64,000 nucleotides of DNA from contig OZ244207.1 in the NCBI GenBank assembly GCA_965216875.1, positions 6,368,001 to 6,432,000 on the forward strand. Reading direction: 5' to 3'. The stretch comes from Rubripirellula sp. Its GTDB lineage: Bacteria > Planctomycetota > Planctomycetia > Pirellulales > Pirellulaceae. This document shows positions 1 through 10,069 of the stretch, piece after piece. Within the stretch, counting starts at the first letter, position 1. Every line of letters starts with the position of its first letter. The position numbers were made by a program, and so were the translations under genes. The notes below the pieces were generated by a model. That model did not search any database and was not told where the DNA came from. It saw nothing but the letters and a program-made list of their open reading frames with translations.

Positions 1-1
1 G

Positions 2-1030
2 CGATCTTACTTCTGTCGCGAGCTCGGCGAGTTCATTGATGTTGTCCCGCCACAGCAGCGGATCGACAACAACTGGTACCGTGGCACGGCCGATGCGGTC
101 TACCAAAACATCTACGCGATCGAACGCGAACAACCCGAAGATGTCGTCATCCTTGCGGGCGATCACATTTACAAGATGAACTATGGCCCAATGGTCGAGT
201 TTCATCGCAAACGCGGCGCCGACATCACGATTGGTGCACTGCGTGTCAGTCGCGCCGAAGCGCGTCAGTTTGGTGTGATGCAAACCGACGCCGATCATCG
301 CATCGTTGGCTTTCATGAAAAGCCGAATGATCCCATTCCGACGCCTGACGATCCTGAAGTCTGTTTGGCTTCGATGGGCATCTATGTCTTCAACGCGCGG
401 TTCCTTTACGAACAACTTTGCGACGATGCAACGCGCCAAGATAGCGATCACGACTTTGGCAAAAACATCATTCCTGGTGCGATCGAAAACAACTTCAAAG
501 TCTTTGCGTTTCCGTTTCTCGACGAGAATCGGAAGCGGGATGCTTATTGGCGTGATGTCGGAACGATCGACGCCTATTACGAGGCAACGATGGATCTGAT
601 TGACGTCGATCCACAATTGAACCTGTACGACCAGCAATGGCCGATGCGTTCTTTTCAGCCGATGTTGCCACCGCCAAAGTTTGTCTTTGGCAGTGAAGGC
701 AATTCATCGCGCCGTGGCGAAGCGCTTGATTCGATCGTCTGCCAAGGGGCGATCGTCAGCGGCGGCAGCGTGGCCCGAAGCATCATCGGGCCTAATGTAC
801 GAATTAACAGTTATGCACAAGTCGAAGACAGCATCCTGTTTGACGAAGTCGATGTTGGACGTCGATGCCGGTTGCGACGAGTGATCGTCGATAAGGGAGT
901 TCGTATCCCTCCTGAAACCGAAATTGGATATGATCCCCACGAAGATCGTGCGCGTGGGTTCACCGTCACCGATAGCGGGTTGGTGGTGATTGCACGTGGC
1001 GAACAGATCGAATCGTTGGTGACAACGTAA
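2..1030 (+). CDS. glgC: Glucose-1-phosphate adenylyltransferase (5'-truncated by window edge)
   Basis: Frame is open from position 2 (RSYFCRELGEFIDVVPPQQR...WYRGTADAVYQN...LAGDHIYKMNY); motifs ASMGIYVF, DFGKNIIP, YWRDVGTIDAYY; C-terminal hexapeptide-repeat region. Confidence 0.97.
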   Translation, partial: RSYFCRELGEFIDVVPPQQRIDNNWYRGTADAVYQNIYAIEREQPEDVVILAGDHIYKMNYGPMVEFHRKRGADITIGALRVSRAEARQFGVMQTDADHRIVGFHEKPNDPIPTPDDPEVCLASMGIYVFNARFLYEQLCDDATRQDSDHDFGKNIIPGAIENNFKVFAFPFLDENRKRDAYWRDVGTIDAYYEATMDLIDVDPQLNLYDQQWPMRSFQPMLPPPKFVFGSEGNSSRRGEALDSIVCQGAIVSGGSVARSIIGPNVRINSYAQVEDSILFDEVDVGRRCRLRRVIVDKGVRIPPETEIGYDPHEDRARGFTVTDSGLVVIARGEQIESLVTT

Positions 1031-1165
1031 GATCACGGAAATCATTGGGCGGTGCGACTGACAGATCGGGGCAGTCGGTTGATGAACCATTGGGTTCAGC
1101 GATCGGCATCGACGGTTGGCTGCGCCTTTCCGCATAGTTCGGTACGAGAACGGGAAGTCTCAAAC

Positions 1166-2080
<915 letters not shown>

Positions 2081-2099
2081 GCGCGTACAGCTTATTAAC

Positions 2100-2210
2100 A
2101 CTCTCCCTTGGGAGAGTCGGGCTCTCAGGCCCGGAGAGGGTCTGTCTTTGCAACGATCATTCCCTCCCCGGACTTTAGCGTCCGACCCTCCCGCAAGCGG
2201 GAGGGTGATT
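2100..2210. repeat. Palindromic intergenic repeat, family A, copy 1
   Basis: Two inverted GC-rich units (CTCTCCCTTGGGAGAG... and ...CCCTCCCGCAAGCGGGAGGG); its reverse complement closely matches 25492-25596. Confidence 0.9.
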
Positions 2211-2385
2211 GTTGTCCGAAAAGCCCAGCGCCCTCCGAACGGCCCGACCGCTTACCCGTTCGGTTCACAATTAATCGCGACGCCACCGGGGGGTGAGCGA
2301 ATCCGTGTGGTCTCAGCATCGCCTGGGCCTTAGAATCCTCGGGCAATGATCTAGACGAGCATCCACTGCGGGAGCCCACCTGACG

Positions 2386-3951
2386 ATGAGCGGTGAAAAA
2401 GACGGACCAAATCCCTACGAAAGTTCGGAGGGACTCGATGTTGAGTATGACCGTGAGCCAGGTGGTGGAGTGCCACCGGGTGAGCTGAAAAAGGGACAAC
2501 CGGCCGGTCTTTGGGTCCTGTTCATCACCGAGATGTGGGAGCGGTTTAGCTACTACGGCATGCGCGCACTGCTCGTGCTCTATCTCGTCGCATCGACCAA
2601 GGCCACTGTCGATGATGGCGACGGCAATCTGGTTGATAACGTCAACCCAGGATTTGGATGGGCAGAAGAATCGGCCTACCAGCTGTATGCGGTCTATACG
2701 ATGGCGGTCTACTTCACGCCGATCATCGGCGGCTGGTTGGCGGATAAGTTCCTGGGAACACACCGCTCGATGTTGCTCGGTGGGTGGATCATCACACTCG
2801 GCCACATCACGTTGGCGGCCACCGAGTTCTTCGGGATCACCGCTGGCGAAGCGGTCACACTGCAAACCAGCCCCGGCGCTCTGGTGACGTTTGTTGCTGG
2901 CCTTGCATTGATCGTGATCGGAACCGGTTTCTTTAAACCGTGTGTCAGTGTCATGGTGGGCCAGTTGTACGGCCCTGAAGACGACCGCCGCGACTCAGGA
3001 TTCACGATCTTTTACATGGGGATCAACCTGGGTGCCTTTCTTTCGCCGCTTGTCGCTGGAACTTTGGGTGAAAAGGTGGGCTGGCATTGGGGATTTGGTT
3101 CCGCTGCAGTCGGCATGATCCTCGGTCTATTCTTCTACCAAGTCTTGCGTCCAAAGTACCTCAAGGGTGTTGGACTGTCGCCGAAGGAAATCTCTGAGAG
3201 TGGCGGCGCCATCGAATCGAAAGTCGATGAAGCGGAGCTCAAGCGTCCATTGAACTCGGTCGATTTCCAGCGAATGATCGTCATCCTGATTTTGGCGTTC
3301 TTCGGAAACATCTTCTTCTGGGCCGCGTTCGAGCAGGCGGGAAGCTCGCTCAACGTGTTTGCTGAAAAGAACACCAATCGCGTCCTGTTTGGGTATGAAT
3401 TCCCGACGACCTGGTATCAGTCGGTCAATGCGCTAACGATTGTGTTGTGCGCTCCCTTCTTCTCGATGCTTTGGGTCTGGCTGGCCAAACGAAATGCCGA
3501 TCCGTCGACACCGGTGAAATTCGCAATTGGACTCTGGCTGTTGGGCCTCGCGTTCATTGCAATGGTGCTAGGGTCACTCGAAGCGAGTGGTGGGAACTTG
3601 GCCGGACCCCATTGGTTGTTGATCACGTACGTACTTTGCACGTGGGCGGAACTGTGCCTGTCGCCAGTCGGTTTGTCGGTGGTGACCAAGCTCGCACCGG
3701 CGAAGCTGCAGTCGTTGATGATGGGGGCTTGGTTCCTGTCGTTCTCGCTGGCCAACTTCATGGGCGGGTTGATGGCTTACTTCTCGACGAAGTTCATTCC
3801 AGGGGATAACGGAGAGCCAGCTCAATACACCTTCTTCCTCGAAGGTTTGCCAGGCTTCTTCCTGATGCTCGTCGTCTTGCCCGCTTCGGCAGGTGTGGTG
3901 ATCTTCCTGATCTCGCCCTTCCTGAAACGGATGATGCATGGCGTGAAATAG
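2386..3951 (+). CDS. POT/PTR family proton-dependent oligopeptide transporter (MFS)
   Basis: ExxERFSYYG motif (EMWERFSYYGMR), GTGFFKP, FTIFYMGINLGAFLSP, FEQAGSSLN, ELCLSPVGLS; many TM helices. Confidence 0.95.
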   Translation: MSGEKDGPNPYESSEGLDVEYDREPGGGVPPGELKKGQPAGLWVLFITEMWERFSYYGMRALLVLYLVASTKATVDDGDGNLVDNVNPGFGWAEESAYQLYAVYTMAVYFTPIIGGWLADKFLGTHRSMLLGGWIITLGHITLAATEFFGITAGEAVTLQTSPGALVTFVAGLALIVIGTGFFKPCVSVMVGQLYGPEDDRRDSGFTIFYMGINLGAFLSPLVAGTLGEKVGWHWGFGSAAVGMILGLFFYQVLRPKYLKGVGLSPKEISESGGAIESKVDEAELKRPLNSVDFQRMIVILILAFFGNIFFWAAFEQAGSSLNVFAEKNTNRVLFGYEFPTTWYQSVNALTIVLCAPFFSMLWVWLAKRNADPSTPVKFAIGLWLLGLAFIAMVLGSLEASGGNLAGPHWLLITYVLCTWAELCLSPVGLSVVTKLAPAKLQSLMMGAWFLSFSLANFMGGLMAYFSTKFIPGDNGEPAQYTFFLEGLPGFFLMLVVLPASAGVVIFLISPFLKRMMHGVK

Positions 3952-3991
3952 CGGCGTCAGCTTGAGCTGTGATTTTTTTCGGTCGGGAAGC

Positions 3992-6355
3992 TTAGTCTTT
4001 CCGATCGACCGAGCAAATCAGCGACGGCAGCAGTGTCAGGTTGATCATCGTTCCAGAGGCTAGCGTTGCGGCGACCAGCATGCCGAAGGTGGCCGTGGGG
4101 ACAAACTCGCTGCCGGCGAGGATCGAAAACCCAATCACCAAAGCGACGGTCGCGAGCACAACCGGAACACCGATTCCGCCCGCGGCGTGAATGGCCGATC
4201 GGTGCGGGTGATGGCCGTTACGTCGATGACGCTGGTAGCCCGCCAAGAAATGGACCGACCCATCGATTGAGAGGCCGATCGAGACCGCGGCGATCATCGC
4301 GGCACCCATGTTGATTCGGCCCCCCACGAGCCCGACGATCGCCAGGATGACGAACACGGGCATGAGGTTTGGAACCAAGGCGGCAGTTGCAAGACGCAGA
4401 GAACGCGTTGCAACGATCAAAAGAAGCCAAACAAGAATGCCCGAGGCGGCGAAGCAGCGCCACTGGTCGCCGACGAGTTTCTCGACAAGCCGCGCCATCA
4501 TCACGTAGTAGCCTGTCACGCGTCCCGTTTGGGTTTGTTCACGCGAGCCGAGCGATTTCAGCCAGCTTTCGCTCGATGTATGCTCGGCAACGACCTGCTC
4601 GACACGAGCGATCAAGTTCGCTTTTTGATTCGCGCCAACATGTTCCTTGCTTCTTAGCATCACGCGAAACGTCCGGTCGCTCGGCTGTTTGGCAAGCAAT
4701 GCATCAAAGAAGACGGGCATTTTGAGTTGCATTCCCGACAGTCGAATCGTCGGCGTCGCAATCTTCAGCAGGGGCGATCGAGTTGCGACCAGATCAGCGT
4801 CAGCCAGGCTGAGCACTTTCGTCAGTCGGACACCCTCGACATCGATTGCACGAAGTTTTTCTTCGAGCTCGCGTACCTGTTGCAAGTAGTCGCCTGAGAG
4901 TTGGTCGGGAGCGTCGAGGATGACATCCCAAACTCCGGCACCGCCGAAGGCTTGTTCGACATCTTCATAGGCCTTCACAACACCGCTGCGAGTCTTGAAG
5001 TTCTTCAAAAAGCTCGTTTCAGTCTCCGATCGTATGACTCCGGCGATGGAGAAGATGGTCACACTCAACGCAACGACGACAACAGCACGGCGGCGCTGAA
5101 CAAACCAACCGGCCATGCAAATGCAGAGCCGACGCAGCGACCGGGCGACCCGCTGTTGTTTTGCGTGTAGACGCGATGCCATTGAGAGGCTGGGCAACAT
5201 CAGCGCAGCCGGCGCGAGCAGTGCGGTCGCGATGCAGACCGACGTTGCGGCCGTCGCGATCATCAACCCGAATTGCTGGACGGGAACGATTCGCGAGAAC
5301 GATAGAGCTGCGAACCCTGCCGCGTCAGTCACGCACGTCCAAAAAACGGGTATGGCGAGCAGGGCAATCGTTCGCTCACATGCTTCGCGTTGATCGTAGC
5401 CACGCCGCCGTGCGATCCGAAATCGAACGCCGAGGTGAAGCACGGTCGCCACCGATATGACGGTCACGATTGCAGTCAAGATCGTCGACACCAACGACGC
5501 CTGGGCTCCAATGGCTACGGTGATGGCTCGAGTGACGGTGATGGACCAAACGATGATTCCCGCCATCAGCAAGACGAGCCGCAGATCAAGCAGACTGACG
5601 AGCACGACGATCGACAGCAGCGCGACGGTGAGTGTCGCCAGCCTCGCGCCGTCTCGTTGAATCAATGCAAAACCGTCATGGACCAACACCGGCTCGCCAA
5701 CGAGAGCAACATCGGAGACGTGCTGGCCAAATCGATCGGGCAATGAGTTCGCGATGCGTTTGAGTTCGAGAATCGTTGAGGGTGGATGTTTGGGGTCGAG
5801 CATCGCAACGACTGCGGCCCGCGAGTGGTCGGCGGAATGGGTGTAGCCGGCAAAAAGAGCATCAAATCCCGCCGCAACTTCGTCCCCATTTCGAATCAAC
5901 GCGGGCGTGTCGTCCCCGGGCGAGAGCAAGTTTTCGGGTGAAATGGCATCGACGGCATCGCTAAGGACCGAAGGCGAAAGGATGCCTCGGTCGCGCACCC
6001 CCTCGATGGTCGATACTTCCGCAGCAATCTGCTGGTTTCTGCGAAAGCCAGCGGTCGAATCAAGGTCGTTGTCGCGGTAGACCAACATCACCACCGCGTT
6101 GCCACCGAACGTCTCTTGCAATTCCAAGTAATCCGTCAATGTCGGATCGTTGGGATCGAACATCGCACTGATGGTCCGATCGAGCTGCAAGCGACGCGCT
6201 GCAGGTAACGCAACCAGCATCGATACGAAAGCGACCAGCACGAGTACAATTCGATGTTGCACAGCCAACCGCGCAAGGTCTAGCTTCCGTCGCTGCGGCG
6301 AAGGTTTCGAGGTAGATCGCTGGGCACTACCCGGTTGGACGTCTTCGTGATTCAC
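3992..6355 (-). CDS. MmpL/RND-family membrane transporter
   Basis: Two-fold internal symmetry, each half being 1 TM + large periplasmic loop + 5 TM; GEPVL/TGYYV motifs, GLSIDGSVHF, F..TATFG...LLPSL ends. Confidence 0.85.
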   Translation of the reverse strand: MNHEDVQPGSAQRSTSKPSPQRRKLDLARLAVQHRIVLVLVAFVSMLVALPAARRLQLDRTISAMFDPNDPTLTDYLELQETFGGNAVVMLVYRDNDLDSTAGFRRNQQIAAEVSTIEGVRDRGILSPSVLSDAVDAISPENLLSPGDDTPALIRNGDEVAAGFDALFAGYTHSADHSRAAVVAMLDPKHPPSTILELKRIANSLPDRFGQHVSDVALVGEPVLVHDGFALIQRDGARLATLTVALLSIVVLVSLLDLRLVLLMAGIIVWSITVTRAITVAIGAQASLVSTILTAIVTVISVATVLHLGVRFRIARRRGYDQREACERTIALLAIPVFWTCVTDAAGFAALSFSRIVPVQQFGLMIATAATSVCIATALLAPAALMLPSLSMASRLHAKQQRVARSLRRLCICMAGWFVQRRRAVVVVALSVTIFSIAGVIRSETETSFLKNFKTRSGVVKAYEDVEQAFGGAGVWDVILDAPDQLSGDYLQQVRELEEKLRAIDVEGVRLTKVLSLADADLVATRSPLLKIATPTIRLSGMQLKMPVFFDALLAKQPSDRTFRVMLRSKEHVGANQKANLIARVEQVVAEHTSSESWLKSLGSREQTQTGRVTGYYVMMARLVEKLVGDQWRCFAASGILVWLLLIVATRSLRLATAALVPNLMPVFVILAIVGLVGGRINMGAAMIAAVSIGLSIDGSVHFLAGYQRHRRNGHHPHRSAIHAAGGIGVPVVLATVALVIGFSILAGSEFVPTATFGMLVAATLASGTMINLTLLPSLICSVDRKD

Positions 6356-6413
6356 GAATACCTTTTCCGTTCTCGCGCTGATTGCATCGTCGTACGCTTA
6401 CTCGGTTGTTCGC

Positions 6414-7760
6414 TTGAAATCGCCACTTTCCCGCTGGTTCATCCTTGCCTTGCTTGTCGGCGTGTTCGTGCGCGGCGCGGTTGGTCTGGCGAGTTTGGAG
6501 AGCTATTCGGGAGATCCGGATGCCTATCGAGCGATCGCCAGTTGTCTTTCAAGTACGGGAGTCTACGGTCTGGTTGGTGCGGATGACCAGCCGCACGCGA
6601 CTGCGTTTCGACCTCCACTTTATCCCTTTGTCCTGTCTTGGATCACGACTGACCAGGGGCTTTCGAATCGTGCGGTCGCGGTGTTCCATTTTCTGATGGG
6701 GGTTGCCACCGTCGCGTTGACGTTTGTGGCTTGCCGCCGGCTTCTTGGTGAGCGATCACCCATTTGGATTTCGTCGTTGGCAGCGATCCTGGTCGCGATC
6801 GATCCGATTCTGGTCCAGCAATCACGCTTTGTCATGACCGAGACACTTGCAACGATGTTGGTTGTGGCGACGATCGTCATTTGGTGTGGCCGCTCGAAGA
6901 TTCAACACGATTCGATTGGAAGCGGGTTGGCGTGCGGCGTCCTTTTGTCGCTGGCGTTCCTGTGCCGACCGACGTTCTTGGTTTGGGCGGCGTTATTGTC
7001 GTTGGGCTGGTTGTTGATCGGTGTGCTTCGATCACGCAAACGAACGATGATCGCTGGCTGTGTGATGGGAGCAACCGTGCTCGTGACGGTTGGCCTATGG
7101 ACAGTTCGAAATCAGCGAGCCGTCGGGCACCCCGTTTGGGCGACGACGCACGGTGGCTACACATTGTTGCTCGGAAACAACCCGCTTTTCTATGATTACC
7201 TGCGTGAGGGGAACTTTGGCCGTGCATGGGATGCCGAGCCATTTCTGTTGGCCTACACACATCGGTACGACGGCGATCCAAACGATGAGGCGTTCTGGCA
7301 CCAAGATTGGCAACGGCAGGGAACGATCACTCGACAGGTGACCGAACACGAAGATGATCGCGTTGCCTACAACGCTGCTCGATCAACGATCGATCGCGAG
7401 CCAGCGATGTTCATCAAAGCGTCGATCGTGCGAGTCGGTCGCTTATGGACTCCCCTGCCCCATACCACTGCCGAACGTCGTGCAGCAGGAGTCTGGATCG
7501 TTGGCACCTACTACGCCGTGTTCTACGCCGCGATGTTCGTTGGACTCTGGCGCCAGCGAAGGAAAGTGTTGGGTTCGGATTGGTGGGCCGTATGGGCACT
7601 CGCGCTGACACTCAGTTGTGTGCACGCGGTTTATTGGAGCAACCTGAGAATGCGTGCGCCGATCATTCCGTTGATGGCGATCGCTGCGGCCGCTGCACTG
7701 GTAAGGCCTTGCGAACTCCCGTCTCGCGGGCCCGAGAAAAACGAGTCTTCTACCGACTAA
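6414..7760 (+). CDS. ArnT/PMT-like (GT-C fold) membrane glycosyltransferase
   Basis: D..Y after TM1, TAFRPPLYPFVL, MTETLAT, LCRPT, WTVRN, terminal RMRAP; multipass membrane protein. Confidence 0.75.
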   Translation: MKSPLSRWFILALLVGVFVRGAVGLASLESYSGDPDAYRAIASCLSSTGVYGLVGADDQPHATAFRPPLYPFVLSWITTDQGLSNRAVAVFHFLMGVATVALTFVACRRLLGERSPIWISSLAAILVAIDPILVQQSRFVMTETLATMLVVATIVIWCGRSKIQHDSIGSGLACGVLLSLAFLCRPTFLVWAALLSLGWLLIGVLRSRKRTMIAGCVMGATVLVTVGLWTVRNQRAVGHPVWATTHGGYTLLLGNNPLFYDYLREGNFGRAWDAEPFLLAYTHRYDGDPNDEAFWHQDWQRQGTITRQVTEHEDDRVAYNAARSTIDREPAMFIKASIVRVGRLWTPLPHTTAERRAAGVWIVGTYYAVFYAAMFVGLWRQRRKVLGSDWWAVWALALTLSCVHAVYWSNLRMRAPIIPLMAIAAAAALVRPCELPSRGPEKNESSTD

Positions 7761-7869
7761 CGCTCGGCCGTCGGCATCTTTTTGACCTACGTTTGGACGA
7801 AGGAACCGCGCGCAACCTGCGCGCTGGCAAATACGTTCAGAACGCAACGGTCCTACCGATTAGTCAGTC

Positions 7870-8892
7870 ATGGTTGAGCCGAATCAGCTGCCGCCCTACC
7901 TCATGCGTTGGGATCATACGCAATCGCGTCGTTTTACCGACGAGGTCGTAACCACCCGGCACCGGCTCGAAGAACTTGCCTGTTTTGACGATGCAAGCCT
8001 GTGCGGAATGATCGACCGCACCCCTGCGGCATCCATGACCATCGAAGCGCTGGGCCGCGATTGCCGCTATCCGTCGCAGTGGTATCCCGTTTCCGTTTCA
8101 AACGCTGACGGCAATTCACTGATCGCTTTGATCGGGTCCGGCGGATGTGAACTGCGGATCCATCTCCTGACGCACCCGGCGCTGCACGAGGCAGTAGATC
8201 GATTGGCGATTGAAATGGGTGAGTGCGACCAAACCATCACGGTCTCACAGACCGCGGGTCAGCTTCGCATCGCCGCGCCCGGATCATCGCTTCCGCTGGA
8301 ATGCGACATGGTCGGTCGCGTGATTTGGCAAATCCGCGGAACGGCTCGATATCGCGTCTACCCTCGAACCCAAGAAACCATCAGCACTCGCATGATCGAA
8401 GACGTGCTGAGTGGGCGCCGAGTGGATGCACTGCACTATGACCCGGCATTCGAGCGAGATGCCGAGGAATACGTCATCGAACCTGGTCAGATGATCGCCG
8501 TACCGGCAAAACGCCCTTTCCGGCTCGTGTCGACAGAGGGTTTTGGCACCTACCTGACGACTCGCTACGCCACGTCGGCACTTGAGGGTGAAAACCAAGT
8601 GCACCGTGCCAACAGATTGATTCGCCGACTGTGCTCTTATCCCTTGACTGGCCAATCGCAAAACGCAGCTGCTTTTGCGAAGCGCGCGCTGATCGCAGGA
8701 GTGGACCGACTGCGCCGCAGCAAGCCTCCCTTCTTGGATGACTGGAGCGGTATCACGCCAGCGGTCGGTGACCAGCGGATCGTCGAATCATCAATGCCCT
8801 CGAGTGCGCTCGCGGGACAAAGCGAACCACCGGTCGTACTAGCGACCAGCCTGAAGACAACAGCGGCAACCAATGTCGCAATGGAGAACTAG
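7870..8892 (+). CDS. Cupin/JmjC-like protein with degenerate metal site
   Basis: WQIRGTARYRVYP and IEPGQMIAVP strands resemble Cupin_8/JmjC-type proteins; the expected HxD and distal His are replaced. Confidence 0.6.
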   Translation: MVEPNQLPPYLMRWDHTQSRRFTDEVVTTRHRLEELACFDDASLCGMIDRTPAASMTIEALGRDCRYPSQWYPVSVSNADGNSLIALIGSGGCELRIHLLTHPALHEAVDRLAIEMGECDQTITVSQTAGQLRIAAPGSSLPLECDMVGRVIWQIRGTARYRVYPRTQETISTRMIEDVLSGRRVDALHYDPAFERDAEEYVIEPGQMIAVPAKRPFRLVSTEGFGTYLTTRYATSALEGENQVHRANRLIRRLCSYPLTGQSQNAAAFAKRALIAGVDRLRRSKPPFLDDWSGITPAVGDQRIVESSMPSSALAGQSEPPVVLATSLKTTAATNVAMEN

Positions 8893-8894
8893 AC

Positions 8895-9905
8895 ATGTTG
8901 CGATTGTTGATTGGTGTATCGGCAGGTCTTTCGGCCGCAGTGGTTTGCGCTGCAACGCCAGCCGATTTCCTGCGTGCCGAGCAATGTGACCCAAATCTCG
9001 TCATGAGCAATGAATCGTGCGTGAAGTGCCATGCTCCTGAAATAAACGTTTGGAAGAAAACACCCCACGCACTGACGTTCGACGAGCTGCATCGCCGTCC
9101 TGAAGCAAAGAAGATCGCAAAGAAACTCGGCATCAACTCAATCAAGCACGAAAGCCGTTGTGTCGCATGTCACTACACCACTCAGCGTGACTCGGACAGC
9201 GGCGATGTGCATGCGATCGCGGGTGTCTCTTGTGAATCATGTCATGGAGCTTCGAAGAACTGGTTGGACGTTCACCACAACTATGGCGGCGAAGGCATCA
9301 CGCGTTTGACGGAAACCGATTCGCATCGCGCGAAGCGAATTGCGGACAGCATCGCCACGGGGATGCGCAATCCGACCAACGCCTATTTAGTTGCACAAAG
9401 CTGTTTACGATGTCACACCACGGCCGACGAACAGCTGGTCAACGTGGGAGGCCACTCGGCGGGAAGTCTCGACTTCGAATTCGTGTCGTGGAGTCAAGGA
9501 ACGATTCGCCACAACTTTGTTGCCTCCGATGGCAAGTCAAACACGCTGCGTTCTCCAGAGCGATTGCGAGTGATGTTTGTTGCCGGGATGATCGCCGAAC
9601 TCGAGGCGAGCTTGCGTGCGACAGCCGTCGCGACCAAGAAAGCGACCTACGGAATCACTGCCGCGAAACGCGCCGCTCGAGCGCGAGCGCGTTTGAAAAG
9701 CGTGTCCGAAAAGGTGCAGGTCGATCAGGTGAATTCGATTGTTGAAATCGCCAACTCGGTCAAGCTGAAGCTCAACAACGAGGTCGAGTTGACTGCCGCT
9801 GCTGACGAGATCGCACGACTTGGTTTCGAGTTTGCCGCGAGTCAGGACGGCAGTTCGTTGGGGGCCTTGGACGCATTCGTCCCCAAATCAGATCGCTGGA
9901 AATAG
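8895..9905 (+). CDS. Exported tetraheme c-type cytochrome (c554-like domain)
   Basis: Signal-like N-terminus; four CxxCH motifs (CVKCH, CVACH, CESCH, CLRCH); W..T.HA after heme 1; GGAG about 10 nt upstream; starts 2 nt after the previous stop. Confidence 0.9.
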   Translation: MLRLLIGVSAGLSAAVVCAATPADFLRAEQCDPNLVMSNESCVKCHAPEINVWKKTPHALTFDELHRRPEAKKIAKKLGINSIKHESRCVACHYTTQRDSDSGDVHAIAGVSCESCHGASKNWLDVHHNYGGEGITRLTETDSHRAKRIADSIATGMRNPTNAYLVAQSCLRCHTTADEQLVNVGGHSAGSLDFEFVSWSQGTIRHNFVASDGKSNTLRSPERLRVMFVAGMIAELEASLRATAVATKKATYGITAAKRAARARARLKSVSEKVQVDQVNSIVEIANSVKLKLNNEVELTAAADEIARLGFEFAASQDGSSLGALDAFVPKSDRWK

Positions 9906-9960
9906 CTCAGATCTGGGCCGACGCGACGCCGTGACCACCACCGAACCGGCGGTGTGGGCC

Positions 9961-10003
9961 ATCAAAAACACCGCAAAAATCGCGTTTTTGCATCGATTTT
10001 GAT
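9961..10003. promoter_or_regulatory. AT-rich dyad (candidate operator or hairpin)
   Basis: ATCAAAA-N5-GCAAAAA-N5-TTTTTGC-N5-TTTTGAT; both arm pairs are centred on 9982. Confidence 0.35.
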
Positions 10004-10069
10004 TCTGGTTTGAATCGGGTGGACGGACAATTCATACTTAATGTCTGATTTTCCGTTTCCCCCTGGTCG

